Shown one piece after another: positions 18,348 to 28,155 of a stretch of DNA of 64,000 bases (positions within the stretch are counted from its first letter, which is position 1; each line of letters begins with the position of its first letter). The DNA is taken from the NCBI GenBank assembly GCA_041662625.1, contig JBAZSB010000001.1, positions 246,467 through 310,466 of the forward strand, given 5' to 3'. This stretch comes from Patescibacteria group bacterium. Lineage in GTDB: Bacteria; Patescibacteriota; Patescibacteriia; Buchananbacterales; UBA6539. Below the pieces are notes generated by a model. That model did no database searches, was not told the origin of the DNA, and saw only the letters and a program-made list of their open reading frames with translations. The position numbers were made by a program, and so were the translations under genes.

Positions 18348-19430
18348 TTAATTTGTCAATTCTAATCCACCACTAGTATAGCGGTTGGAGGCATTCCATA
18401 AAAGCCAGCCATAACCGCCAGAGTCATTATTGGCCTGAATTTGGGTTTTAATCATTTCCGGCGTATAAACCGCGCCTAAATCAAAGGCTTGCAGCCAAGG
18501 CCGAATTTTGGTCTGGCTGGAGCCTAATTTATCTTTTGCCTTAATTAAGCTGCGATAAATTATTTCATAAGGATGTTCAGCTGGATTATTGAAGTCTTCA
18601 AACCCGGCTGGGTAGTGGGAGGGGTAAACCATCGGGCAGATATAGTCGAAATTGCCCACGGCGTCTTCCAGTCTTTGGCCAATATTTAAGCCATCGGACC
18701 GCCATAAAACCATGCCGAAAAGATCAGCCGAAGTTAAGGCCGGATAAAAAACTAAGGTCTTTTTAACATACTGATAAAACTCAGCCATCACCTTAGCCTT
18801 GCCCTCGAAAGTGGCATTGTCTAGATTAGCGTAGACAATTTGTTTAATGTTGCCGTCTGAAGGAAAACGGATGTAGTCAAAATTGACTTCAGCAAATCCG
18901 AGTTTAATTGCTTCTTTAGCTAAATCCAAGTTATATTCCCAAACCTGCTTTTGGGTTGGGTCAACCCAGGCTAAACCTTTGTAATCCCGCCAGATTCCCC
19001 CGCCCTTGGCTTTCAGGGCAATGTCTGGCTGCTTTTCGGCCAAATAAGGATCCTGGAAGACGACAATTCGGGCAATCGGGTAAATCTCCTGCTTTTTTAA
19101 TTCTTTTAGCCAACTAGCCAGGTCCGGGATGCGAATTTCTTCGGCATCAATTTCTTCGGCCAAAGGGTTAGAAGTATCAAAAAAGACCTTGCCGCTATAA
19201 TCTTTAAGGTCAATAACAATGGAATTTAGTTCAGTACTTTTGATTAAATCAACCAATTCCGCTCGCCTTGTCTTGGCGCCGGCCGTATAAGCGGTCAGAT
19301 AAATCCCTTTATTTTCGATTTTTTCTGGTTTTTTCAAAACCTGGTAGGTTGGTTGCTGATTAAAGGTAAAAACCAAAGAAAAAAGAATTACTGGGATAAT
19401 CACTAATAAGTTGACTAAAGGTAAAAACAT
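18348..19430 (-). CDS. Putative glycoside hydrolase (DUF4015-like)
   Basis: KGIYLT, ELNSIVIDLKD, IARIVVFQD, EVNFDYIRFP, PMVYPSHY, RPWLQAF; N-terminal TM. Confidence 0.85.
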   Translation of the reverse strand: MFLPLVNLLVIIPVILFSLVFTFNQQPTYQVLKKPEKIENKGIYLTAYTAGAKTRRAELVDLIKSTELNSIVIDLKDYSGKVFFDTSNPLAEEIDAEEIRIPDLASWLKELKKQEIYPIARIVVFQDPYLAEKQPDIALKAKGGGIWRDYKGLAWVDPTQKQVWEYNLDLAKEAIKLGFAEVNFDYIRFPSDGNIKQIVYANLDNATFEGKAKVMAEFYQYVKKTLVFYPALTSADLFGMVLWRSDGLNIGQRLEDAVGNFDYICPMVYPSHYPAGFEDFNNPAEHPYEIIYRSLIKAKDKLGSSQTKIRPWLQAFDLGAVYTPEMIKTQIQANNDSGGYGWLLWNASNRYTSGGLELTN

Positions 19431-19635
19431 TAGTTTAATTTTACCCCTTCACCTTAACAATAAACTCTAGGGGGTCATACATAAAACTATAACAAATAAT
19501 TACATTTTTTAAAACTTAATCTATTGTGGGCAAGGTGAAGGGGTTTAGCAAAAAACGGCTTTAAAAAGAAATAGCCCTATTTTTTAAAACGCTGCCTGGT
19601 TTAGGCAGCTTATTTAATCTGTTTTTACCAATTCA

Positions 19636-19890
19636 TTAAAACCCTAGGTTCATTCCTTGAAGTTTTTGGGCCATGCCTTTTTGGGCTTTAGTGATTGCTT
19701 CGTTTATACAGTCTTTGATTATTTGGTTTTGTTGTTCAGCCGGTAACTCCGGATTTATGATTACTTCTTCGACCTGGAGGTTACCATTCATTACGATTTT
19801 AAAGCCTTCTTTTTCAACAATAAATTTTTCGCTTTTCATTGAATCTTGTAAAGCTTTGAGTTGGCCGAGTTGTTTGAGTTTATCGAGCAT
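19636..19890 (-). CDS. ybaB: YbaB/EbfC nucleoid-associated protein
   Basis: Size, KIVMNGNLQVEEVII..INEAITKAQ, position downstream of dnaX. Confidence 0.8.
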   Translation of the reverse strand: MLDKLKQLGQLKALQDSMKSEKFIVEKEGFKIVMNGNLQVEEVIINPELPAEQQNQIIKDCINEAITKAQKGMAQKLQGMNLGF

Positions 19891-19928
19891 AAGGTTGTGA
19901 AATGATTCACCTAGTTAATTCAAATATC

Positions 19929-20003
19929 CACTTCTCGGGGACCCGCCTACGTCCCTTCGGGACTACGGCGGGCAGGCAGAATCTGGCGTCTCCCGACGTC
20001 GCC
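19929..20003 (-). pseudogene. Decayed tRNA-Gln 3' fragment interrupted by GC hairpins
   Basis: 19929-19943 is identical to 20071-20085; also carries GACGCCAGATTCTG, similar to the anticodon arm. Confidence 0.55.
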
Positions 20004-20075
20004 CATTGCTTTATTTTTATGGCGAGTCGGGATGCCGACCTTACGTCGGCACTACTTAGTCAACAATGTTCACTT

Positions 20076-20146
20076 CTCGGGGACCAGGAATCGGACCTGG
20101 ATTAGCAGAGCCAGAATCTGCCGTCCTACCATTAGACGATCCCCGA
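20076..20146 (-). tRNA. tRNA-Gln(CTG)
   Basis: TCGGGGA..GCAGA TT CTG GC TCTGC..CCAGG TCCGATT CCTGG TCCCCGA G folds as a cloverleaf; no encoded CCA. Confidence 0.9.
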
Positions 20147-20304
20147 GAAGTGAACACTTGGATTAAAAACCTTTTAAATGTTTCACCTTCATCCCGCCGT
20201 AGGCAGGACAAGTTAGATTCACCCGCCGAAGTCCCGACCTCAAGGAGGGACGTAAGCGGGCGATCCCCGAGTTATGTCTTGGAGAGTTTGCAAATTCAGA
20301 AATT

Positions 20305-21903
20305 CTAGTTGACAATCTGACCGCCGAAGGTTTCTAAAACATTTTTTAATGATTCATCAGTTGGGCTTTCCGCCAAAGCTTCAACTTCCACTTTGTCATC
20401 TGCTAAATCTTTGACAATTACGGTTTTAACAATTAGCTTAACCCCAAAAATTTCTTCTAAAACTTTTTCCAAAGTTTGTTTGTTTTTTAAATCATTAACC
20501 CGTTGCTGATGGAATTTATGCTTAAAGCAAAGTTCCAAAGTGCCATCTTCTTTAACCGTCGATGGTCGGCCAATTCTTAAAGTTGAGGCCAAGCTTTGAT
20601 TATACTTTTTTAAACAAATCAGCACTTCTTCCCATTTTTCTTTGATTTGTTCCAGGCTTAGTTTGACTTTGCTTAAATTTTTTTCTGGTCTCGGTTTTGG
20701 TAAAGGATTTATAATCGGCACCTCAGCTTTTTTATTTTCACCTTGATTTAAACCGCCCGAAAAATTGCTATCATCATTTTTATTTTTTGGGCTGTCATTT
20801 GAGTCTTGGTGGCTAGTAATAATTTCTAAAACTGCTAGTTCCAAAGGCAATTGCGGGATGTCGGCAAATTTGATTTCATAGCGTTTGGCAACAAAAATTT
20901 CAATGACTTTAACCAATAATTCTAAAGAGATCTTTTCGGCGGTATCAACTATCCTTTTTTCTAAGTCTTTACTAAAAGAGGCAGTGAATTCATTTAATTT
21001 AGTGCTGACCTTGACTAGTAAGATTTTCCGCAAGACTTCAATTAAGTCGTTGGTAAATCTTTCCAAATCAATTCCATTTTCCACCAGCCGATTGATTAAG
21101 GCTATTGCCGATATTGAATCTGATTTAATTAAATAGTCAATTAATTCAAGGACTAAATCAAAATGGGAATGGGGTAAAACTAATTCAGCCTGTTCAAGAG
21201 TTATTTCTTTTTCACCCAAAGAAAGAACCTGACCCAGCAGACTTTCGGCATCGCGAATGCAACCTTCAGAATGATAAGCAATATTTTCTAAAATGGCTTG
21301 ATCAACCTTTTTGCCTTCTTTACTTACAAGTTGGGCGAGACGCTGGATAATATCTTTTTCCGGCACTTTATGAAAATCAAAATGCTGGCAGCGGGAAATA
21401 ATCGTTTGGGGGACTTTATGAATTTCGGTAGTGGCCAAAACAAAAATGACATGGCTGGGTGGTTCTTCCAAGGTTTTCAGTAAAGCATTAAAAGCAGCAG
21501 TAGAAAGCATATGGACTTCATCAATAATGAAGACCTTGAATTTCCGGCTGGTCGGAGTAAAACGAGAATTATTAATGATATTTTCCCGTACATTATCAAC
21601 GCCGGTATGCGAAGCCGCATCAATTTCAATCACATCTAAAGATTTATTGGCGATTAATTCAAGGCAAGAATCGCAACTGTCACAAGGTTCACTTTCGCCT
21701 TCTTTCCGCTTGAGGCAATTGACAGCTTTAGCTAAAAGTCGGGCGGTGGTAGTTTTACCTAACCCGCGGGGACCGGAAAACAAATAAGCGTGAGCGACTT
21801 TTCCGTTTTCCAGCTCACTTTGAATCGTTGTTCGGATGTGGTTTTGGCCAACCAGTTCTTTAAATTTCTGGGGCCGATATTTTCGATAGAGGGTTGATGA
21901 CAT
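20305..21903 (-). CDS. dnaX: DNA polymerase III gamma/tau
   Basis: LYRKYRPQ, GPRGLGKTT, EIDAAS, IIDEVHML, SRCQ. Confidence 0.97.
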   Translation of the reverse strand: MSSTLYRKYRPQKFKELVGQNHIRTTIQSELENGKVAHAYLFSGPRGLGKTTTARLLAKAVNCLKRKEGESEPCDSCDSCLELIANKSLDVIEIDAASHTGVDNVRENIINNSRFTPTSRKFKVFIIDEVHMLSTAAFNALLKTLEEPPSHVIFVLATTEIHKVPQTIISRCQHFDFHKVPEKDIIQRLAQLVSKEGKKVDQAILENIAYHSEGCIRDAESLLGQVLSLGEKEITLEQAELVLPHSHFDLVLELIDYLIKSDSISAIALINRLVENGIDLERFTNDLIEVLRKILLVKVSTKLNEFTASFSKDLEKRIVDTAEKISLELLVKVIEIFVAKRYEIKFADIPQLPLELAVLEIITSHQDSNDSPKNKNDDSNFSGGLNQGENKKAEVPIINPLPKPRPEKNLSKVKLSLEQIKEKWEEVLICLKKYNQSLASTLRIGRPSTVKEDGTLELCFKHKFHQQRVNDLKNKQTLEKVLEEIFGVKLIVKTVIVKDLADDKVEVEALAESPTDESLKNVLETFGGQIVN

Positions 21904-22006
21904 AAAGGATATAGCATAAAAATTCTAACTCTTTTTGAATTTTTAAGCAAGCTAAACAAAAATAAAAATAACCTCAAATTTTTAGGTTACCGAAAACAAA
22001 TTTTTG

Positions 22007-23026
22007 CTAATTAAACACTAATTCTATCCAGATCGTTCCGGGGTTAAATTCGACTTCTTCACCAGTCTGATTGTAAAATCTAGTTCGGCCACCACTTTTC
22101 TTCCACTCCCCTTCAATTTTTCGGCCATCTTGATAGATTTCGGCCACCCCACCGCTTTTAACGTTGACTTCTAAACGACCATAATCATCGATAATTCTAT
22201 AATCGACATACTGAACAATGATATTTTTGGCTTTAAGAATAATGCCTGATTCGGTTTTATGAAATTCTCCGGCTAAATAGCGGGTGTAGTCATTATTGAT
22301 AGGATTATATTGGTATTCCACTTGATAATCAGGATTACTGGCAAACTCAACTTTGACTGGTGAGACAATATTTGCTGAAGCGGCATTTTCTTTTTTAAAC
22401 AGCCAAGGAGAAAAATCAGCCCGGGCTTCTATTTCTTTAGCGGTAATGGCCCGCTTCATTAAATCAGCTGAAGTAAAAAGATTATGGGGCTCATTACGTT
22501 TTGGATCACGCCAGAAATAAATACCGTCAGCGGAAATTTCATTGATACTGTAAACAGGACTATAGGTTAATTTATACATGGCGTCCGAACTTCCGCCGGC
22601 ATGAAACAAAACCACTTGCCATTCTTCCGCGAGTTCAACAAAAAAAGGCCTGACTGATCTGACTGGCCCAATTCGGGTGGCCTTAATTTGGGGATCAAAG
22701 ATTGCTAAAAATCGGGTGATGTCTCCTTCGACAATACTTTCATAAATAATACTGGCACTTTCTAAACCGGCAAGGGGGCGACTATCAACGTGGTTTTCCA
22801 GCATTACGGCAATTGGTCTTAGAGCTGATTTTTCGGTTGGAATTAGCCGACCATCAAGCAAACGATGGGTTCGGGGGTTGGCTTGATGATTAATTTGTGA
22901 TTGCCAATTAAACTTTTGGTCAGTTACTAAATAGCTGGCAATGAGCCCAAAAGCAACTAAAAAAATAATAATTAAAATAATCAAGAAGCGATAATCACTG
23001 ATTATCTTTTTAAGTTCAATTTTCAT
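22007..23026 (-). CDS. DUF3048 family membrane-anchored protein
   Basis: RPIAVMLEN, VEGDITRF, IGPVRSVR, PHNLF; start moved to the ATG at 23026 to avoid overlapping rplY. Confidence 0.85.
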   Translation of the reverse strand: MKIELKKIISDYRFLIILIIIFLVAFGLIASYLVTDQKFNWQSQINHQANPRTHRLLDGRLIPTEKSALRPIAVMLENHVDSRPLAGLESASIIYESIVEGDITRFLAIFDPQIKATRIGPVRSVRPFFVELAEEWQVVLFHAGGSSDAMYKLTYSPVYSINEISADGIYFWRDPKRNEPHNLFTSADLMKRAITAKEIEARADFSPWLFKKENAASANIVSPVKVEFASNPDYQVEYQYNPINNDYTRYLAGEFHKTESGIILKAKNIIVQYVDYRIIDDYGRLEVNVKSGGVAEIYQDGRKIEGEWKKSGGRTRFYNQTGEEVEFNPGTIWIELVFN

Positions 23027-23069
23027 TTGATTATTATCCCTCCAACTTGGGGGGGGGTTGAAGACTTTA

Positions 23070-23747
23070 TTATTTTTCTTTACCTTCAGCTTTTTTGTCA
23101 GCCGGAGTGGTTTCTTCAGTTTCGGCTTCAGCTGCAACTTCGGGTTCTTTTGGCTTAACTTCCAGGCCTTCTAATTCCTTGTCAGTTCTGGGCTGTTGGA
23201 TTAAAGCCACCACGTCATGAGGATTATTAGTAATGGTTAAACCCGAGGGTATTTTTATATCCGCAATATGGATGACATCCTCAAAAGTTTTTAGAACTGA
23301 CAAATCAACATTAATTTCATGGACTAAATCTTGAGGTAAACATTCCACTTCCAAAGAATCAATAGTGGTGACTAAAATGCCACTCAATTCTTTGACTGCC
23401 GGCGGTTCATTGATAAAATTCAAAGCAATTTCGGCATGAAGCTTTTCATCCATTCTCACTTGGTGAAAATCAGTATGGATAATTTGATTGGTTTTCGGAT
23501 CAAGCTGGTAATCCTGAACCAAAACTTTTACCGGTTTTTGATCATCAATTGTTAAATCAATTAGAGTACTTTCGCCAGCTTCCGTAAAAATCTTCTCAAA
23601 AGTCGAGTAATCTAAAGTCAGGTTTAATGGTTTAATTTTATGACCATACAAAACAGCCGGGATTTCACCCTGCTTTCTTAATTGATTGACTTGTTTACCT
23701 GTTTCTTTGCGGGTTTTAGCTTTCAGGCTTAAATTTAAATTGGTCAT
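23070..23747 (-). CDS. rplY: 50S ribosomal protein L25/Ctc
   Basis: LRKQGEIPAVLYG, IHTDF, VECLPQDL. Confidence 0.95.
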   Translation of the reverse strand: MTNLNLSLKAKTRKETGKQVNQLRKQGEIPAVLYGHKIKPLNLTLDYSTFEKIFTEAGESTLIDLTIDDQKPVKVLVQDYQLDPKTNQIIHTDFHQVRMDEKLHAEIALNFINEPPAVKELSGILVTTIDSLEVECLPQDLVHEINVDLSVLKTFEDVIHIADIKIPSGLTITNNPHDVVALIQQPRTDKELEGLEVKPKEPEVAAEAETEETTPADKKAEGKEK

Positions 23748-23773
23748 TACTGTTTTTTATCCTTTCTTAATAA

Positions 23774-24109
23774 TTAATCAAAATTATCAATCATTACTTT
23801 TTCCTTGCTAAGAAATTGATGGACTTCAATTACATCATCACAGCTAATCGGTTTAGCCTTTTTAAATCGTAAAACATCTTCACCGTTTAAGTCAGTGATT
23901 AAACCTACCGAGCTCACCCCCAGGTTATTAGTGACAATAACAGCCAGAATTGCCGATTGACAATGGCGGCAATGGATATAAACCAGATGAGCGTTTTTCC
24001 CCTCTTCCAAAATCTTGGCTTCTAAAGGATCGTAACGCAGATTGCAAATCGGACAGTGGGTAATTAGGCTAGGATTATCGCCAAATAAATTAAACAGTCT
24101 GTCGTCCAT
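23774..24109 (-). CDS. Hypothetical Zn-ribbon protein
   Basis: CPIC..CRHC; promoter TTGACG-17-TACACT upstream. Confidence 0.7.
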   Translation of the reverse strand: MDDRLFNLFGDNPSLITHCPICNLRYDPLEAKILEEGKNAHLVYIHCRHCQSAILAVIVTNNLGVSSVGLITDLNGEDVLRFKKAKPISCDDVIEVHQFLSKEKVMIDNFD

Positions 24110-24152
24110 ATTAATAAATAGAGTGTAGCTAAAATCTTTGATTTCGTCAAGC

Positions 24153-25259
24153 TTAGGAAGTTTGGTTCCTAATTATCATACTTTCAACTATGCCAATTGC
24201 CATCAGACTAATCAACAAAAAACTGCCGCCATAGCTTAAAAAAGGCAAAGCAATGCCGGTCACCGGTACTAAGCCAAGATTCATTCCAATATTAATGATA
24301 ATTTGACTAAAAAATAAAGCCGAGATACCTAGTATTACTAAAAGAGAGAAGTTGTCCCGCATCATTTTTGCGGCTTTAATCAGCCGGTAAAAAATTACCC
24401 CCCACAAAAAGAAAACTAAGCCAATTCCCAGAAAGCCTAATTCTTCGGCAATGACAGCAAAAATGAAATCAGTCTGGCTGGCCGGAATAAATTTTAACTG
24501 GCTTTGTGAGCCAAAACCAAGACCACGGCCCAAAAAACCGCCTGCCCCAACCGCTGTTAAAGCCTGCCGGACATGGTAAGATCGACCGTAAGGATCAGCC
24601 TGGGGATCAAAAAATGTTAAAATTCGATCTTTTTGATAATCATGGAAAAGAAAAATCCAGGCCAGAGCCGATAGAATGATTAAAGTTAAACCTAGAAAGG
24701 CCAGATGCTTTTTATCAGCGCCGGCAAAAAATATCATCACTAACCAGACAAAAAATAAAATCAGGCCAGAACCAAAATCAGGTTGTAAAACAACTAATAG
24801 AAAAAATAAACCGACAGCCGAAGCGCTCAAGAGAAAAATCTTAAATTCTCTGATCAGACGGGCCTGCTTATTTATAAACCAAGCCGAAAAAATAATTAAA
24901 GCAATTTTAGCTAATTCAACCGGTTGAAAATTAAAACCAAAAATAGAAAACCATCCGGTCGTGCCGCGAATTGTCTGGCCAAAAAGTAAAACCGCCACTA
25001 AAACTAAACCTACGGCGATATATAAGAGATAACTATAATCTTGCCAGAGGCGATAATCCAAAAAGCTAATCAAGAAAAGCAAAACTAAACCAATCAAAGC
25101 GGCAATAATTTGTTTTTTGAAATTCAAAAAATCAGGATTTTCTGAGCTGATGGTGATGCTATAAATGCCACTTAGGCCAAAACAAATTAGCAAAGATATT
25201 GCCCCAAATAATACCCAATCAAAGTTTTTTAGGCTATTGAAAAGCCTACGGAAGACCAT
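24153..25259 (-). CDS. rodA: SEDS family peptidoglycan polymerase RodA
   Basis: FQPVELAK, QPDFG, TDFIF, TGIALPFLSYGGS. Confidence 0.9.
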   Translation of the reverse strand: MVFRRLFNSLKNFDWVLFGAISLLICFGLSGIYSITISSENPDFLNFKKQIIAALIGLVLLFLISFLDYRLWQDYSYLLYIAVGLVLVAVLLFGQTIRGTTGWFSIFGFNFQPVELAKIALIIFSAWFINKQARLIREFKIFLLSASAVGLFFLLVVLQPDFGSGLILFFVWLVMIFFAGADKKHLAFLGLTLIILSALAWIFLFHDYQKDRILTFFDPQADPYGRSYHVRQALTAVGAGGFLGRGLGFGSQSQLKFIPASQTDFIFAVIAEELGFLGIGLVFFLWGVIFYRLIKAAKMMRDNFSLLVILGISALFFSQIIINIGMNLGLVPVTGIALPFLSYGGSFLLISLMAIGIVESMIIRNQTS

Positions 25260-25271
25260 AGAAAATCTATT

Positions 25272-26966
25272 TTACTTCTTTACTTCGCGGATAAAAGTAA
25301 TTACCTGATCACCAATCTTTAGTCCGGATTTTACTTCAACTAATCCCTCATCGCCTTTTAGACCTAAAATTACCTCAACTGATTTTGGTTGGTTATTTTC
25401 TAAGATTTGGACTACTGCTTTATCACCTTCGTCTTTAACCGCTCGTTGGGGAATGATTAAAACATCCTTAACAAAAGCCGTATTAACTGTAACATTAGCT
25501 GTCATACCGGGTTTAATTTTATCCATCAAAGCGCTGACCGGTTCGGGCTGATCTTCCTGAAAAGTCACAGTAACCCGATAATAGATAACATCCTGAATTT
25601 CAGTTTGGGCCGGGTTAATAGTTGTTATTACCCCTTGGAAAATATCATTACTACTAAAGGCATCAAGAGTTATTTCGACTTTATCACCAGCACTAATTTT
25701 TACAATATCTGATTCAGGAATATCCACTTCAATTTCATAATTTTCTACAGCTAGCATCTTGATTACCGGCTCACTTAAATTAGTTTGTTCACCAACATTA
25801 AAATTAATGTCAGTAATTACCCCATTAATTGGCGCCCGAATAATAGTTTCTTCGTATTTGTCTTGAGCTAAATTTAACTCGGCCCGGGCCCTATTCAATC
25901 GCGCTTCATACAGAGTAATGTCTTCCGGTCGGGCCGGAGCTTCTTTAAAGTTCAAATCAGCCTGGGCTTTAGCTAAATTTTTTTCCGCGACGCTAATGGC
26001 ATCTTGAGCCGCATCAACTTTTGTTTGATAATTCAACCGGGCATCAGCTAAATCTTCTTTAGACGTCTGGACCGCCGAGCTGCTTGAATCAATGGTTGTC
26101 CTTTGAGTGTTAATTGTGGTCTTTAAAGTATCAAGTTCGGTTTGAGTCAAAACTGTGTTAACCAGAACATAATTTAAAAGGTCACTTAAATCATTTAAAA
26201 GAGCCGAAACATTATGGACCGTCACTAGACTTTCTTCAATTAGGCTATCAATGGCGTCGTCATTGTTGGGATCAAGTTTAGTCTGATTATAGACTGATTC
26301 AGTTTGATCTAATTTTTCTGATGCCAAATCGTATCCCGTATTGACTTTTATTTCCAATCCCATATTAGTCGCGCTGAAATTATCACTAGTGCCCTTGAAA
26401 TGGAGGGTATCATAAACTTCTTGCAAAGCAATACTAGACTTAGTTAAAGCACTATCAATATCAACTAAAATGCTGCCCCGCTCATTAACTAAAGCTTGTT
26501 TGTAAGTGTCTTCGGTACTCACCAAGTCATTTTGAGCGTTGGCTAAATCGGTTTGGGCTTTTTCGACTGCGGCCTCACTCACTGTAACATCTTGGGTCGT
26601 TGCGCCAGCCTTCAGCTTATCTAAATTTGCTTGAGCTTCCTTAAGATCGGCTTGAGCACTGCTGACCTGAATAGATAAATCAGTCGCTTTGAGCTGAGCC
26701 AATATTTGATTAGCGGTGACAGTATCGCCTACTTTTACATTCAAAATTGCCAGTTTGCCGGTATTTTTAAAATTCAGTTCGATTTCCGAAGCCGATTTAA
26801 TTTTACCGGTCGCCGAAACTGTTTGTTTAATGTCGCCACTCTTTACTTCGGTGGTGACGTATTCGACACTTTTTGCTTTCGGGCCGAATTTAAGATAAGC
26901 GCCAACGGCAATCACTAAAATTATAATGATTACCCAAACGATTTTAGATTTGATAATTTTTTTCAT
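25272..26966 (-). CDS. Efflux membrane-fusion (HlyD/MacA-like) adaptor with long coiled coil
   Basis: VSATGKI, VKVGDTV, IRAPINGVI, KPGMTANV. Confidence 0.88.
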   Translation of the reverse strand: MKKIIKSKIVWVIIIILVIAVGAYLKFGPKAKSVEYVTTEVKSGDIKQTVSATGKIKSASEIELNFKNTGKLAILNVKVGDTVTANQILAQLKATDLSIQVSSAQADLKEAQANLDKLKAGATTQDVTVSEAAVEKAQTDLANAQNDLVSTEDTYKQALVNERGSILVDIDSALTKSSIALQEVYDTLHFKGTSDNFSATNMGLEIKVNTGYDLASEKLDQTESVYNQTKLDPNNDDAIDSLIEESLVTVHNVSALLNDLSDLLNYVLVNTVLTQTELDTLKTTINTQRTTIDSSSSAVQTSKEDLADARLNYQTKVDAAQDAISVAEKNLAKAQADLNFKEAPARPEDITLYEARLNRARAELNLAQDKYEETIIRAPINGVITDINFNVGEQTNLSEPVIKMLAVENYEIEVDIPESDIVKISAGDKVEITLDAFSSNDIFQGVITTINPAQTEIQDVIYYRVTVTFQEDQPEPVSALMDKIKPGMTANVTVNTAFVKDVLIIPQRAVKDEGDKAVVQILENNQPKSVEVILGLKGDEGLVEVKSGLKIGDQVITFIREVKK

Positions 26967-26986
26967 AATAAATATTCATTCTTAAG

Positions 26987-27685
26987 TTATTTAAGTTTTT
27001 CCCCATATTTTTTATAAAGCCCGCTAATTTTTTGTCGGCCAATGTTGACTGAGCCGGGCTTTGCTCCTAAAACTCGGGTGATGACTTCTTCGATAAAATT
27101 TAATCTTTCTTCAATAACATTTAAATTTTCCGGATATTTTTTGAAATCCAAAGAAAGTTTAACAATTGCTGAACGGGTATAAAAGGCAAGCAAAATAATG
27201 AGCTCGAAAATTTCTTTGGGATAATCAGTTTTAAAATTACCTTCCTTTACTCCTTGCTTAATAATTTTTTCAAAGGTTTGACTGACTGATTCAACAATTT
27301 TTTCAAATAATTCGTGGGTTAGTTTCCAATCCAAAATATTGCCTTGTCTTAAAAATTTATCAACCTTAAGTAATTCTTCTAAATTGGCAAATTTGTAGTC
27401 CTGGATCGTCACTATTGCCTGATTAAGTTTTTCTTGAGCATTGAGTTTGGGGTTTTGGACAATTCGCTCAGTTAAAACGTTTATTTCTTCGGCAAAGTTA
27501 GTAAGAATCCCCTCTAGGACTTCTTCTTTAGTGGTAAAATAATGATAAAAAGCGCCTTTTGATACCCCGGCTTTTTTGACGATAGCGTCAATTGACGTTT
27601 TGTCATAGCCCTCACGGGAAAATAAATCTAAAGCCGTATTTTGTAGTTTTTGTTTGGTCGATTGTTCAGTTGAGGCATATACCAT
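26987..27685 (-). CDS. TetR/AcrR family regulator
   Basis: IVKKAGVSKGAFYHYFTTKEE HTH; start set to ATG 27685, downstream of the promoter. Confidence 0.92.
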   Translation of the reverse strand: MVYASTEQSTKQKLQNTALDLFSREGYDKTSIDAIVKKAGVSKGAFYHYFTTKEEVLEGILTNFAEEINVLTERIVQNPKLNAQEKLNQAIVTIQDYKFANLEELLKVDKFLRQGNILDWKLTHELFEKIVESVSQTFEKIIKQGVKEGNFKTDYPKEIFELIILLAFYTRSAIVKLSLDFKKYPENLNVIEERLNFIEEVITRVLGAKPGSVNIGRQKISGLYKKYGEKLK

Positions 27686-27703
27686 ATTTTTCTCTCTTCT
27701 TTT

Positions 27704-27733
27704 AAGATAACATACCGACGGTCGGTATGTCAA
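27704..27733 (-). promoter_or_regulatory. Promoter with overlapping palindromic TetR operator
   Basis: TTGACA-18-TATCTT; perfect 10-bp inverted repeat ACATACCGAC-g-GTCGGTATGT at 27710-27730. Confidence 0.8.
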
Positions 27734-27793
27734 GAAAATACTAAGAAAAATAGGTAAATTCTATCCGTTATTTTTGTCTCAATCAAGCTAAAT

Positions 27794-28138
27794 TTATTTA
27801 GTTTCAGCGGTAATTTGATTTAAAACAAAACTAACAATCGACAAAACCAAACTGAACAGCAAAGCCCACCAAAAATTAGTCACTTCAAATCCCGGAACAA
27901 TAATACTGGCTAGCAACACCAAAAGGGCATTAATCACCAGCGTGAATAAACCCAGGGTCAGAATATTAATCGGTAGGGTGATAATAATCAGAATCGGTTT
28001 TAGGAAAGCATTAATTAAGCCCAAAACTAAGGCTGCCACTAAAGCGGCAAAGAGCCCATTAATGGCGATTCCGGGTAGTAAATAAGCCGTAATCAGAATG
28101 GCTAAAGTAGCCACCAACCAACTTAACAAAAATTTCAT
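27794..28138 (-). CDS. YvlD/DUF360 (phage holin family 4) membrane protein
   Basis: LINAFLKPIL..TLPINILTLGLF..VINA. Confidence 0.9.
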   Translation of the reverse strand: MKFLLSWLVATLAILITAYLLPGIAINGLFAALVAALVLGLINAFLKPILIIITLPINILTLGLFTLVINALLVLLASIIVPGFEVTNFWWALLFSLVLSIVSFVLNQITAETK

Positions 28139-28155
28139 ATTTTTAAAATTAAGAA

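Noticed and set aside
19929-20085. attL/attR of an integrated element at tRNA-Gln
   Set aside because: The repeats are only ~140 nt apart, there is no integrase, and the 5' end is duplicated too; treated as tRNA remnants
19902-20308. ORFs 19902..20105 and 20066..20308
   Set aside because: They overlap tRNA-Gln and its hairpin repeats on the opposite strand
23027-23137. N-terminal extensions in the ORF track (here DUF3048; likewise TetR and DUF3467)
   Set aside because: They overlap rplY, a promoter/operator or a palindromic repeat; downstream ATGs fit better
27794-28138. Prophage suggested by the holin-family gene
   Set aside because: YvlD-type proteins are common chromosomal genes, and no phage genes are nearby
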